Positions 9,991 to 20,527 of a stretch of 64,000 bases of DNA are shown piece after piece. The stretch covers positions 1,302,001 through 1,366,000 of the forward strand of contig BROI01000002.1 in assembly GCA_027923505.1 (NCBI GenBank), written 5' to 3'. Position numbers and translations under genes: made by a program. Below the pieces are notes generated by a model. That model was not told the DNA's origin, ran no database searches, and saw only the letters and a program-made list of their open reading frames with translations. Each line of letters begins with the position of its first letter. Within the stretch, counting starts at the first letter, position 1. Source of the stretch: Mayamaea pseudoterrestris (lineage: Eukaryota).

Positions 9991-11503
9991 ATGAATCACT
10001 TACCTCTTGTTTTGACTCGAACGACGTCTCCGTCTCGCGGCGCTGCCTCTCCAACGTCATCCATGTTGGAGTGCGACTACGACGTTCGACCAACCATTCT
10101 CTACAAGGTATTTTTGAACAAAACAATTTTACAGAGCTTCTGTACCTTTAATTGGCTAACATATACCTTTTGTACTCTTAATTCAGTGCATACAAAATAA
10201 AGCATGGCAACGCTGCATCCAAATACTCAATCATCCGGATCACGCCACCCAAGCATCCGTCTGGGTCGTCCGCAAGGAATCCAACGACAAGACCAACGGC
10301 AAACTCCGATGGCGGCTACTTCCCTTACATGCCGCACTCATTTTCCAAGCTCCGTTTCATGTCATTGAAGCGTTGTTGGAAGCATATCCCGAAGCAGCCG
10401 CCGCCAAGGATGATCAAGGCATGCTGCCCCTGCACTTGGCGCTGCGGAACCGACCCGTGCAGTGGGTTTCCGTGGAGGAACTGCTCGCGGCGTATCCAGC
10501 GGGAGTCTACGTGCAGGATCGCAAGGGACGAACGCCGCTTCAAGGCGCGGCCAGTGCCAGTAATGGCGCAGCAGATTCGAATCGATCCATTTCAACGAGC
10601 AATACACTTGACAACAATGAACACGACAATGATTCCAGTAGTAGCAATAATCACGCGGCACTCTCCGTGCTGCAACTATACACGCAAATTGCAGTCGCCG
10701 GAGAGCGGAGACGACTGGAGCCGCCGGCGATTGCGTCGGCAGTTTCGTCGAACGAACATTCACTGCAAATGAGGCAACTGGAGCAAAAGCATGCCGACAC
10801 GCTCCACCAGTTTCAAATACTACTGCAAAAGGAAAAGCAGCATTGGAAGGAGCAATTAGAATCTATAAGAAGAGAGAAGGAAAGTCAGGCTCAGCAGGCG
10901 AACGCCAAGGAAGCCATTTTGATGCAAGAGATTGAACGGCTCCGCCAGTCGCCGTCTACCAATTTAATGCCAACCAGTCCCACCATGCAGAACATGCGGG
11001 TCCTTGAACTAGAGCAAGAAAACAATATACTCCGAGAAGCCATTGAAGGCTTGTACAATCAGCATCAGTCGTTGCAAAAGAGTATGGAAAAACTGCAAGT
11101 GGAACAAAACCATGCGCAGGAATATCAGGCAAAGCATCTCGAGTCACTCAATCAATCCGTTCAACAAGCCAATGCCTCACGACAAGCTCATTTGGCAGTT
11201 TGGAAAAGCCAGCTGCTGCAAGCCGGCAAGCTGGTCACGGAAAAACTAGCGCAGGTTGGTTTGACGAGTTCCAGTATGGACGATGATGACAACAATGAAG
11301 GTACTTGTTTGGAGCAGATTGAGATTGACCAGGACAATGCAGAATCTCAAGAAAGCAGCGTCGTGGTGGTCAGAGTGCCAAAGACATTCTTTCAATCGCA
11401 CGACGAATCGTCACCACTTGCAGCAGCAACATTGTCGGCTGCGACGGAAGCGACGCGCAGCTCCGCGACAACGGAACCGCGGCGCAACTACGCCAATGCT
11501 TGA
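9991..11503 (+). CDS. Two-exon ankyrin-like repeat + coiled-coil protein (diatom-type)
   Basis: Exon 1 9991-10107 (…ECDYDVRPTILYK), intron 10108-10186 (GT...TTCAG), exon 2 CIQNKAWQRC…WRLLPLHAALIFQAP…DDQGMLPLHLALR…GRTPL, then a Q/E-rich coiled coil. Confidence 0.75.
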
Positions 11504-12233
11504 AAGGATCCGTATCGACAAGCAAATCGACGGCAATTGTCGTCAATTGAAGGCAGTTTCACGAAAAGCGGGAATGGCTGGGCGGCAATTCGACGGGCCT
11601 CACCTGAGGGCGCCGCGATCAAATCGGCATGGTGTACGGGATCGACAAGCGCCGCACGAAACTCAGTCTGTTGTAGAGGAACCATGTAACATAGACGAGC
11701 AGGACATTCAACGCGAAGATTTGCAGGTGGATCAAGTCCAGCAACCAATCCCAAGCACTGAACTTGCCAGGAATGGCGACGCTACGCCCAAGTTGCTGCT
11801 CCGTGTGCCAATGCTTGCCGGCCGAGGCGGTCGTATGAGCGGGACTCTTGACAAGTTTGAAGCAATACCTGGCTTTCGAACGAGTTATAATGCAGCCAAA
11901 TTCCAGATTCAAGTCATGAGTTTAGTGGGATGCTTTGTCGCAGCAGCGTCATATGCCGATTTTGGCTGTCAATCCGAGGAAAAGCTTTCCATGCTCCGCG
12001 ATGTCACGGGCACGGTCTCAAGCGTGGCATTGCAGATTGTGTCTATAATGAGCAAGAAGATGCATTTACTGTCAGGTTCTCTCTCGCAGCGCCATAAATG
12101 CAGTGGCGAGCACAAGCCAGGACGCAGCCCGGTGCTACCGCACGACTATCTTCATTTATATAAAGTAGGAGGGAAAACCTATGTACTGGGCTTTCTGCCC
12201 GAGCTTTGGAAAACCCATATACAAGTATACTAA
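11283..12233 (+). CDS. Uncharacterised ORF overlapping the end of the upstream gene; may be a separate gene or a frameshifted continuation
   Basis: 316-codon open frame with no recognised domain; true start unknown. Confidence 0.25.
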   Translation: MMTTMKVLVWSRLRLTRTMQNLKKAASWWSECQRHSFNRTTNRHHLQQQHCRLRRKRRAAPRQRNRGATTPMLERIRIDKQIDGNCRQLKAVSRKAGMAGRQFDGPHLRAPRSNRHGVRDRQAPHETQSVVEEPCNIDEQDIQREDLQVDQVQQPIPSTELARNGDATPKLLLRVPMLAGRGGRMSGTLDKFEAIPGFRTSYNAAKFQIQVMSLVGCFVAAASYADFGCQSEEKLSMLRDVTGTVSSVALQIVSIMSKKMHLLSGSLSQRHKCSGEHKPGRSPVLPHDYLHLYKVGGKTYVLGFLPELWKTHIQVY

Positions 12234-12296
12234 AGTTGATAGTACTTCTGAAGTTGCTACAGAATTTTAAAGTCATATAGCTAGTCTTAATATTGT

Positions 12297-12911
12297 TTAG
12301 ACAGCCTTGGCCAACACTACACCTTCAAACTTGTCTTGAAACCACTTGATTGAGTCCTCCTTGGTTACTTTATGGTTCATTCCGACGCGTGACTGGCGAA
12401 CTGTGAACAAAATCAAGACAATGGTAAGCAAGCGTTACAGCAATGATAATGCCACAACGAAGCGACAAGCATCAAGATGCGTACCTTTTCTCTTGGCGAC
12501 GCGAGCACCCGCGCGGTTCAAGCAGACGAAAAAGTCGAGTCCATAGATACCGGTAGTCGGGTCGTACTTGATTCCAAGATCAATGTGCTCACTGATACCA
12601 AAACCAAAGTTTCCAGTGTCGGAAAAGTTGCGCTGTAGCAACTCGTATTCCTTGACCTTGAGGCCACGCTCGAGAATCTCCATGGCCTTTTCTCCCCGCA
12701 CCGTCACATGGACGGCAATCTTTTCGTTACGACGAATACCAAACGATCGGAGCGTGTAGCGGGCCTTGGAGTATACCGGCTGCTGCCCCGTCAACTGCTC
12801 CAGCACACGAGCGGCACGGGTCAATCGATCGCCCGATTCACCGACACAACAATTTAACACGAGCTTGTCAACCTTGATTTCTCGCATTGGATTCTGCTTT
12901 GCTTCCGCCAT
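12297..12911 (-). CDS. RPL11: 60S ribosomal protein L11 (uL5)
   Basis: [34 protein letters not shown]…[15 protein letters not shown]. Intron 12401-12484; exon 2 [34 protein letters not shown]. Confidence 0.97.
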
Positions 12912-13342
12912 GTTTGCTAGAGTGTCTGCAAAGTGAATGTGTCTGAATGACAGTATGATACCGAGCGGGGACGAGTGTGATGCAATGCTTGCATGCATCC
13001 GTCGTTGGAAGAGCGGCTAGTAAAGAGGTAGAAGGTAAGTTGCATCAGGTGCATGTGCTGCTGACGCAATCCGTGCTGTTAGTACAGTACAGTACAGAAC
13101 TACATACTCCTATCATAACTATACTCGAATTGTAATAGAATATAGGCATCCGCTGCTCTGACAAGTTTATTTAGGCTTTCAACTTAAGTAGAGCAGGAAA
13201 ACACAATAAATAGTGCGAAAGCAAGAACGAGTCGCTCGCGCGACAGTGGGTGCATGGCATCATAGAGGCATACAAACAGCTGGGCATCTAAACCTCACAG
13301 AGTGCTATTACAAAACCTTCTGCAGCTACACCATTATTTTAT

Positions 13343-14395
13343 CTATTTGTCAGCGGTAGCATTCAGCCGTATCAGTTCCACATCGGTACCATAATGTAAC
13401 ACATGTCGCACGGCAAAGTAGTTGTTATCGCCGATTCGATTCCCTGGCGCATACGCGCACAGCGTTGGTGCCACTTGGCAGGCGCTTTGCAGCAGCATTT
13501 GATCCTCACCAATGAACCACTTACGCTCAATGAATGCATCTATCGTTTCGCTAAAGACCCGATGGTAGTTTTTCCAAGCCACTGCTGTGCCAGCGCCTTG
13601 TGAGCCCGAATGGTAGAAGAATTGGCCCGCGCGAAGCTTCTCATGCCACAATTGCGTCGGCGGCTGCCGCACTGTTTGATGCGCGGCCCACAACGTTGCT
13701 CCTTCTGGTACTACTGTTTCATGCTGGACAATTCGCTTGCCGTTATAGCGACCATTTCTGTAACATCCAATGTCTGCGTACATGTAAAAGTTGGAACTGA
13801 AAAAGTTGTACTGGATCGCTGTCATGACCCACCATGATTTTGATAGCCATATCCAAAAAAGCTGATAGGATTTGTGTATGCGCTTCTCCGGGTCAATGTC
13901 GAGCTCGTTTTGCCAAAAGAGTTGCGAGGAATTGAAGCGCTCGGATCGAATTTTTGAAATGGGCAGATCCTGCAAGGTCGTTTCAATAATGACAGTGGCA
14001 TTGAGTGCATGTTGGCGAAGTGATAGAATCTTGTCTACCAGAATAGTCTCTGTAAAGACAACGACTGGATCTAGTGTGCTTAACATGTTTGTCATCCACC
14101 TCGTGTACTCGTCGGATGAATGTTTGGAAGCCGTGTAGAAATAGCCAGTGACCACTGTTGAAGAAGATGTCACTAGCTGGTCCGCGCCTTTGACGATTCG
14201 GAAATTTTGAGGAGGCATTTGCAGAGCCTTGGCGGCAGTCAATGGAACATTTGTTTGGGCAATCGCAATCAGAAAGTCACCGTTCGCATTACGGGGGCTG
14301 CTGAATGTTCCAATGAGATGCAGACGCGTAATGCAGAATGCACACAGTAAAAAGATGACATTACGCCGTCTAGTTCCTATTTTGGGACGAGCCAT
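13343..14395 (-). CDS. Type II membrane HtrL/YibB-like putative glycosyltransferase
   Basis: Basic N-terminus plus hydrophobic anchor; TVVTGYF…SKHSSDEYTRWM, WIWLSKSWWV, YMYADIGCYR, FIGEDQ. Intronless. Confidence 0.65.
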   Translation of the reverse strand: MARPKIGTRRRNVIFLLCAFCITRLHLIGTFSSPRNANGDFLIAIAQTNVPLTAAKALQMPPQNFRIVKGADQLVTSSSTVVTGYFYTASKHSSDEYTRWMTNMLSTLDPVVVFTETILVDKILSLRQHALNATVIIETTLQDLPISKIRSERFNSSQLFWQNELDIDPEKRIHKSYQLFWIWLSKSWWVMTAIQYNFFSSNFYMYADIGCYRNGRYNGKRIVQHETVVPEGATLWAAHQTVRQPPTQLWHEKLRAGQFFYHSGSQGAGTAVAWKNYHRVFSETIDAFIERKWFIGEDQMLLQSACQVAPTLCAYAPGNRIGDNNYFAVRHVLHYGTDVELIRLNATADK

Positions 14396-16126
14396 GATGC
14401 GTCTACCGATCTACAAGCCTCAGAGTTGCGCGAGATGAAAGGGTCGGTGCGGAGAGTGCCTGCGCCGATTCGTGTGACTGGCCGCTGCCGCGACGGGCTG
14501 ATACGTACCGGTACGTATGAATACGATTGAAACTGTGAATGGCATCCGTTTCCAAGGCGCATGTGACTGACGCTTCACCACTTTCGATGCGACATCAACA
14601 CGACAGTATGTGACACGACAACATGATCATGCGACGAAAGACCTTTCGCCGTTCATTGTCCATCGTCCTTGACTGCATTGCCACTGCCTTTTAGAGACCT
14701 CCAGTTTCATTGCATCTATCAACAAGCAGCTGCAGCAATGATCGGAACTATAGCTAGATTTACTCTCTTACTTTGGACTGCCGATGCTTTCTGCCGCCCA
14801 AGTCGCCGTCAACCCGTAAACTGCATTCACACCGGTCGTCGCGAGGAAACGGAAAATAATAATCATGGGAACAAGCCGCCACCTCCAACCAACCTGTTTC
14901 ACCGCAAGGCTGACTTTGATAGAAACAAGCATTCATTTCCATCCAATATGAAGTGACTGCCCATCTAGAAGAATTGGCACTGCTACCTGCTACTTGCCAC
15001 CGACGAATCATCTTACGTTGATTCCGTGGAGGAGCATCGTCTTTTTTGATCTTGCAAAATCCCGGCCATGAGTACAAATACCTCCGAACTCACCACCGAC
15101 AGAACACAATCAGAGGTTTCTGCAGCGAAAAAAGTTGTCGTGCAGATGGTTGCACATGGTGCGTCAGTGTCACAGATGCGCCTGTCAATCGTGACATGTT
15201 TGCGATGGCGGGCGTCAGTGATCCTGACAACCCAAAACATGAGAGAGCTGTGCAGATTATCAGAATTCTGCTGCGCATATATGCAGCCGCGCCTCGCCAT
15301 GACTACTGGCAGCGGCAGCAAGTCCAAGCATAAGGCCAAGAAACAGAAGGATAAGCGTCGCGTGAAACACGCCACAGGCCACGCCCCAAGTGGTATGGAC
15401 AAACTGGTAGACGGTGCTCCGGCAAAAAGTGTTCCTCATGGCGTTTTGTTGGAACCCAAGTCGCCGCATGCCGGTGCTGCGGGCATTGCCTCTCGCAACC
15501 AGCAGCATACTTGTAGCAAGGCAGGGAAAAGGGAAGGCCATTGTTAACGGCGAGGGCAGGGGCAAGACGAGAGTATCGGTGCCGTTGCCCATCACTCCTC
15601 GAGCGCGCCGACGCACTCGAAAGAAGGCATCACTTGCCGCCATTTCTATGCAAAGAATTGAACCACAATGGCAGCAACGATACAAAATGCACCGGCGTTC
15701 GCGAAAGAGACCACCTGCCTCCATTTTTAGAAGATACGTTTATCGACGACATCGACGATGACGCCGTACCTGAGGATAACATCACAACACCGCCTTGCTT
15801 GTTATACGACAAGTATGATCCGACGAAAAACCGTTTTCGCTCCGTGTTTTCATGTCGTCGGCTATGGCTCACGAGGACGCCCGCTGCCGGGATGACGAGA
15901 CGGAAGATTGTTGTTTGTTCATGGTGGAATGACGGCCAAGGTCTCCGTTTCTTGTGGAGCCCCTAAATAGATTGAGTCTCAAGGCCAGCGTGGTGAAAGA
16001 CAATATTTTGCAAGTCTGTCAATGGCGGAGGAAATTCACTGTCACGTCGTTGGCGAGGATGAGCTCGAAGTGAGGCTAGAATCACTTTTTTAAAAATATA
16101 TAGACGTTGACTGCATGATTTAACTT

Positions 16127-18388
16127 CTATTGCAATACATCTTCATCACCATCATCTTCATTGTCCCCTACTTCTTTGTCATAGCTACTGTCGTCCACCA
16201 TATCCTCAATTGATACGTCGAAGGACGACACATCAATCGCAGAGTCATCACAAGCGATGGAAAAAGTCATGGCATCTTCCAAGTATCTTCGCAGCTTGTC
16301 GACATCAGCATTCTCCATATCAATAGATCCATCCTCTGTGCGTTCAATCGTTTCCACTGGCACTTGAATGTCAGTGAACGCAAAGCCCAAAGACTTGGCC
16401 AACTCGTCCATTTGATGTGATTCATCCTCGGAAAGCACAGATACCACATGAGCGCCATCGCCGGCGGCAGCTCCTTGCTGACCGACACGTCCTACTCGAC
16501 CAGCAAGATGGACATACTCGCGAGGATCATCGACTGGAAGGTACATGGTGTAAACATGCGTCAAAGCAGGAAAGTCGAGGCCTCGAACAGAATTGGCAGT
16601 TGCCAGCATGACTGATGTTTGATTCCTCTTGAACTGATCCATGATAGTCAAAGGACGGACGCCCGTCTTTGGTAACAATACACACAACCAGTGGTCGCCC
16701 CATAGTGCATCTCGTAGTGGCTCAATTGCGGTTTTGGCGGAGTCCTCATCGGGAAAGAAGACGACAACTCTTGGTCGCTGCGCCAATATACCTGCTGCGA
16801 GCGCATCATCATACGCTTTCAACTCTGCTCGAATAAGCCGTGTCAAGGCCAGTAGCGCATTGTTGCCTTGGTAGATGGCCCTCTCATGCTTCAATCCAGG
16901 TTGCATGCATACGTCAAGATCGGTCAAGGACGCTGCCTTGGTTGTCTTTTCGTCAAACCCAGCTTCCTGCAAAGTATCAGCAATGAGAGGCACAAAGCTT
17001 GTTGATGTCGCCATGTAACTGCTGCCTTCAGGTATAAGACGATTGCTGACAGCCATGTTCCCTAGCTTCTTGGTAACACTTGCGCCTACAAGAAACGTGA
17101 GCCTGCTATACTCTCGTTCGTCGGCATATTCCTCAAAAAGTTTTGTCAGGGTAGAGCTGTCAATGAGCTCAAGGTCTAAATCCGCTTCATCAAAGATAAT
17201 TGTTCGCAGCATGGATGGTTTAACATCGCCATCATCTATCAGCTTGGTAAGGTACTGTGGCGTCGTGATGGCAACGTCGGTTTGCAGCTTCAAACCAAAT
17301 TCTGCTTCCTCATCATCTAAAACACAACCAATGCGGACTCCCTTTGGACCTTTAAATTTAAAAGAATTTGCCTTTCCAGACGACTGCGTCGCAGACTCCT
17401 TAATGTTGCCTCCAACGAGCTGATATAGCAGCATAGCCGTCTGCACCCCTAGCTCGCGCGTCGGAACAACAATGAGCGACAGCGGACTCGTGACATCACT
17501 TCCAGTTTCTCCGAGCGTTGCAATAGACGCTCCTGTTGCAATGGCGCCTCTGACCTGTTGCCTGCGACTACTGGAGCGAACAACTGGGCTCGTCACTAAC
17601 GCAATTCGATCCAGCAGATTACCAGTCGCATCGCCAACCCGTTCCTCGGCACCGACCCGAACGCGCTGCCGCTTGAACAGCGAGTCCGATAGCGCAGAAA
17701 GCATGGGGACCAAGTAGCTTAGCGTCTTGCCACTTCCGGTAGCGCCGGAAATGACGACTCCCATGTCTTTTCCACTAGAGTCAACGAGTTCGGACAGCGA
17801 TGATGTCGATTCCTTGTCAGTAGTAGCTGCCTCCGTAGTACCCCCAGCACTGTCACCGCTAATTGTTGCGTTACTGATAATAGCTTGCACAGCTTCCATG
17901 GCATTTATTTGAATCGTTGTTGGAAAGGTGTAGTTCAAGTTATCTAGTCGATCGGCAAGCCATGGCACCGCTCCAGCGCGCCACGACATGCGTCGACGCG
18001 TTGCTCGCAACGTCTCTGGATCAGCAGCCTTGGCTTCATCGCCATATAGGCGCTCCATGAAAATATTGGAAATGCGGCCAGCTTTTATAAAATCTTGCCT
18101 TTGAGCGGCATCGCGTAAGAGTGTATGGAGTTCGTTCAAGCTCATTGTCACATCTTGTAAGGGAGCGGCGGCGGATGAGATGTACTTGGAGGTCTCTCGG
18201 TCCGAGTTCAAATCAGATGCCAAGCTTAGTCTAGTACCTGCATGATATAATCGAAAATCATCATTCGATATCTTGCAGGCCTTCTTTCGAGCAATACGCG
18301 GTGATATCCACGAAGCTGAAGGACTCGTGCCGAGGAGAATGCATGATGCAAGCAAAGCCAGCCTCCTGCGATTCGTCGTCTGTCTCAT
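16127..18388 (-). CDS. Plastid-targeted DEAD-box RNA helicase with degenerate motifs
   Basis: Signal peptide ending SASW; PTTIQ, GATGSGKT, VPTREL, IFDEAD, VRGLDF and YVHLAGRVGRVG. Confidence 0.85.
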   Translation of the reverse strand: MRQTTNRRRLALLASCILLGTSPSASWISPRIARKKACKISNDDFRLYHAGTRLSLASDLNSDRETSKYISSAAAPLQDVTMSLNELHTLLRDAAQRQDFIKAGRISNIFMERLYGDEAKAADPETLRATRRRMSWRAGAVPWLADRLDNLNYTFPTTIQINAMEAVQAIISNATISGDSAGGTTEAATTDKESTSSLSELVDSSGKDMGVVISGATGSGKTLSYLVPMLSALSDSLFKRQRVRVGAEERVGDATGNLLDRIALVTSPVVRSSSRRQQVRGAIATGASIATLGETGSDVTSPLSLIVVPTRELGVQTAMLLYQLVGGNIKESATQSSGKANSFKFKGPKGVRIGCVLDDEEAEFGLKLQTDVAITTPQYLTKLIDDGDVKPSMLRTIIFDEADLDLELIDSSTLTKLFEEYADEREYSRLTFLVGASVTKKLGNMAVSNRLIPEGSSYMATSTSFVPLIADTLQEAGFDEKTTKAASLTDLDVCMQPGLKHERAIYQGNNALLALTRLIRAELKAYDDALAAGILAQRPRVVVFFPDEDSAKTAIEPLRDALWGDHWLCVLLPKTGVRPLTIMDQFKRNQTSVMLATANSVRGLDFPALTHVYTMYLPVDDPREYVHLAGRVGRVGQQGAAAGDGAHVVSVLSEDESHQMDELAKSLGFAFTDIQVPVETIERTEDGSIDMENADVDKLRRYLEDAMTFSIACDDSAIDVSSFDVSIEDMVDDSSYDKEVGDNEDDGDEDVLQ

Positions 18389-18715
18389 TGTGATGGTAAA
18401 TTGCTACTTATAAACAGCTTTGCTTATGTTGCTTGCAGACACGTGTGGAGCTCTCAGTGCGGGGTCCATTTGCTTCACCTCTTTGAATGAGTCGATCGCG
18501 ATCGTCCATGGTGAAAAACACGTGGATGGATCGAATCGCGATGTCGCAACGTTACCACTGTGTATCGGCGTTTCGCTATCATGCGCGAGAATGACTTAAT
18601 CTTTGCGCAACAAGTACTGTATGGCGGAAATTCAGTGCGAGTGCTCATACATAATTGAATTACATGGAACGTTTACATAATAGTGATAAGAATATCATTC
18701 GTTTGACCAATACGC

Positions 18716-20215
18716 TTATGACCCCCCAAACATTTGCACCAAACTCTTGCCGTTTAGTAGTTCCACCAGCAAGGCCACAAAGGCACTCGCCATGGCAACG
18801 CGAGCGTACCATCGCTCCGTCTGCATTAAACCTTCCTTGTCGCTCTCCTTGGCGACGGAACGTTCGTACAAGGCAGCCGCACTTCCAACTCCCTGCACGC
18901 CAGCAAATCCAAAGGTTTCATCCACCATGGGATCATCGTCTAGAAACACTTGCACCGTGTTTGCGACACACGCTTCCGTGACTGTCTGCATTGGTTCCGT
19001 CAGTGCGTCAACCACCATGTTGGCCATGTCTTGTATAAAGTCGGGGTTCGTGTTCAACGCCGGACAGCGTCGCCAGTTGGAAACACCATGCTCCTCCGCC
19101 AGTTCTCTGTACTCAATGTCAATCTCCTCCAACGTTTCAATATGTTCCGAAACAAAGCTAATTGGAACGACAACCAAATTCTTGACACCCTTGTCACCCA
19201 GCTCGGGCAGCACGTCGTCGGTATACGGCCGCAGCCACTCGATGGGTCCAACGCGACTCTGATAACTCAAGTGCACCTGCACTTCCTTTGGCAGCAGCTC
19301 GGAGATTGCCGCCACGCATTCCACAATTTGTTTCTGGTATGGATCGCCAGCATTCTCAATGTAGCTGAGTGGCACGCCGTGCGCCGAAAACAGTACGTGC
19401 CGCGTTGGCAGTTCCGGTGCCGCAACCTTTGCTTCCGCCAATTGCTCCGGCGTATACTGCTCCAGTTCATACAGTATCATGTCTGCCATGGCCTTTATAT
19501 ACCCCGGTCTTAAGTGCCACTGACAAATGACGGTATGCGTCAAGTGTTGATACTTTGTCGAAAACTCCTTTTGCAGCACCCGCAGCGAACTACCCGTCGT
19601 GCTAATGCTAAACTGCGGATACAGCGGCACCACCACGAGCGCCTGCACGCCATCCTTGACCGCCTGATCGAGGGCCACTTCCGTCATGGGGTGCCAGTAG
19701 CGCATGCCCAAGTAGTAGTTTGGATCCATCCAATCGGAGTGCTGCTCGCGCAGCTTGTCGCACACCAATTGTCCCTGCGCGCGACTGTATTTGAGAATGG
19801 GACTACCACCGCCAATGCTGTCGTAGGCGGCCCGCGACTTTGGCGCGCGGCGTTTGGCAATCACGTAGGCGAGCAGTGGTTGGAGTGGTGCCAGTAGAGG
19901 AGGTAGGCGAATAATGTCGGGGTCGTTGAAGAGGTTGTAGAGAAAGCCTTCCACGTCAACGGTTGTTTCGGGGCCTCCGAGATTGAGTAACAGTATGCCG
20001 ACTTTGATTTTGTCAGTTTCTGAATTTAATGATGCTAAGGATGAAGGTGATGATAGAGTCGAAGCGACTGCAAGGCTTGTTGTAGTTGGCATATAATGTG
20101 AGGAGCATTGTGCATTCTTCGTTCTCCGTCTCGTTCGCGCAAAAGCAGTCGTTTCAGTCACGAATGCTAAAGCATATGTACATAGTACTGCTATAAAGAT
20201 CGATAAAGTCTTCAT
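18716..20215 (-). CDS. hemH: Plastid ferrochelatase with a C-terminal CAB/HLIP-like helix
   Basis: GILLLNLGGPET, YDSIGGGSP, GMRYWHP, PLYPQFSISTTGSS, FSAHGVP, YQSRVGPIEWLRP, FVSEHIETLEEID. Bipartite presequence MKTLSIFIAVLCTYALA-FV. Confidence 0.95.
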   Translation of the reverse strand: MKTLSIFIAVLCTYALAFVTETTAFARTRRRTKNAQCSSHYMPTTTSLAVASTLSSPSSLASLNSETDKIKVGILLLNLGGPETTVDVEGFLYNLFNDPDIIRLPPLLAPLQPLLAYVIAKRRAPKSRAAYDSIGGGSPILKYSRAQGQLVCDKLREQHSDWMDPNYYLGMRYWHPMTEVALDQAVKDGVQALVVVPLYPQFSISTTGSSLRVLQKEFSTKYQHLTHTVICQWHLRPGYIKAMADMILYELEQYTPEQLAEAKVAAPELPTRHVLFSAHGVPLSYIENAGDPYQKQIVECVAAISELLPKEVQVHLSYQSRVGPIEWLRPYTDDVLPELGDKGVKNLVVVPISFVSEHIETLEEIDIEYRELAEEHGVSNWRRCPALNTNPDFIQDMANMVVDALTEPMQTVTEACVANTVQVFLDDDPMVDETFGFAGVQGVGSAAALYERSVAKESDKEGLMQTERWYARVAMASAFVALLVELLNGKSLVQMFGGS

Positions 20216-20527
20216 GGCATGTCTAGAGTTTGTTGAGAAGATCTGCAGTGATGGATCAAGGTAGAAACAGCTTTGCGTTTCATGGTTCATGGTGAAGGAT
20301 CGTCGCGCGATTGCGTCAGCTGCGCGGCGAAACGTCTTCAGTAACGGTCCGACTCTTATTTTGCCGCGACGGCGCGCTCCTTTCGTCGCGACCACGAACG
20401 TCCACGCCTCATCCATCACTTCATTCTTCCTTGCTTCCCAAGTGAGACTCTGTTGCTAGCGTAGGATTTCAGCAGCTTGATACTCATCTACCGGTCGTCT
20501 ATAGAGTGTATAGCCGAGAAAGAAACT
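20216..20527. promoter_or_regulatory. Putative bidirectional promoter between ferrochelatase and heme lyase
   Basis: 312 bp between the divergent ATGs; contains GCGTCA (TGACGC on the minus strand) near 20313. Confidence 0.45.

Noticed and set aside
13081..13097. Short (AGTAC)n repeat upstream of RPL11
   Set aside because: Only about three units; nothing indicates function.
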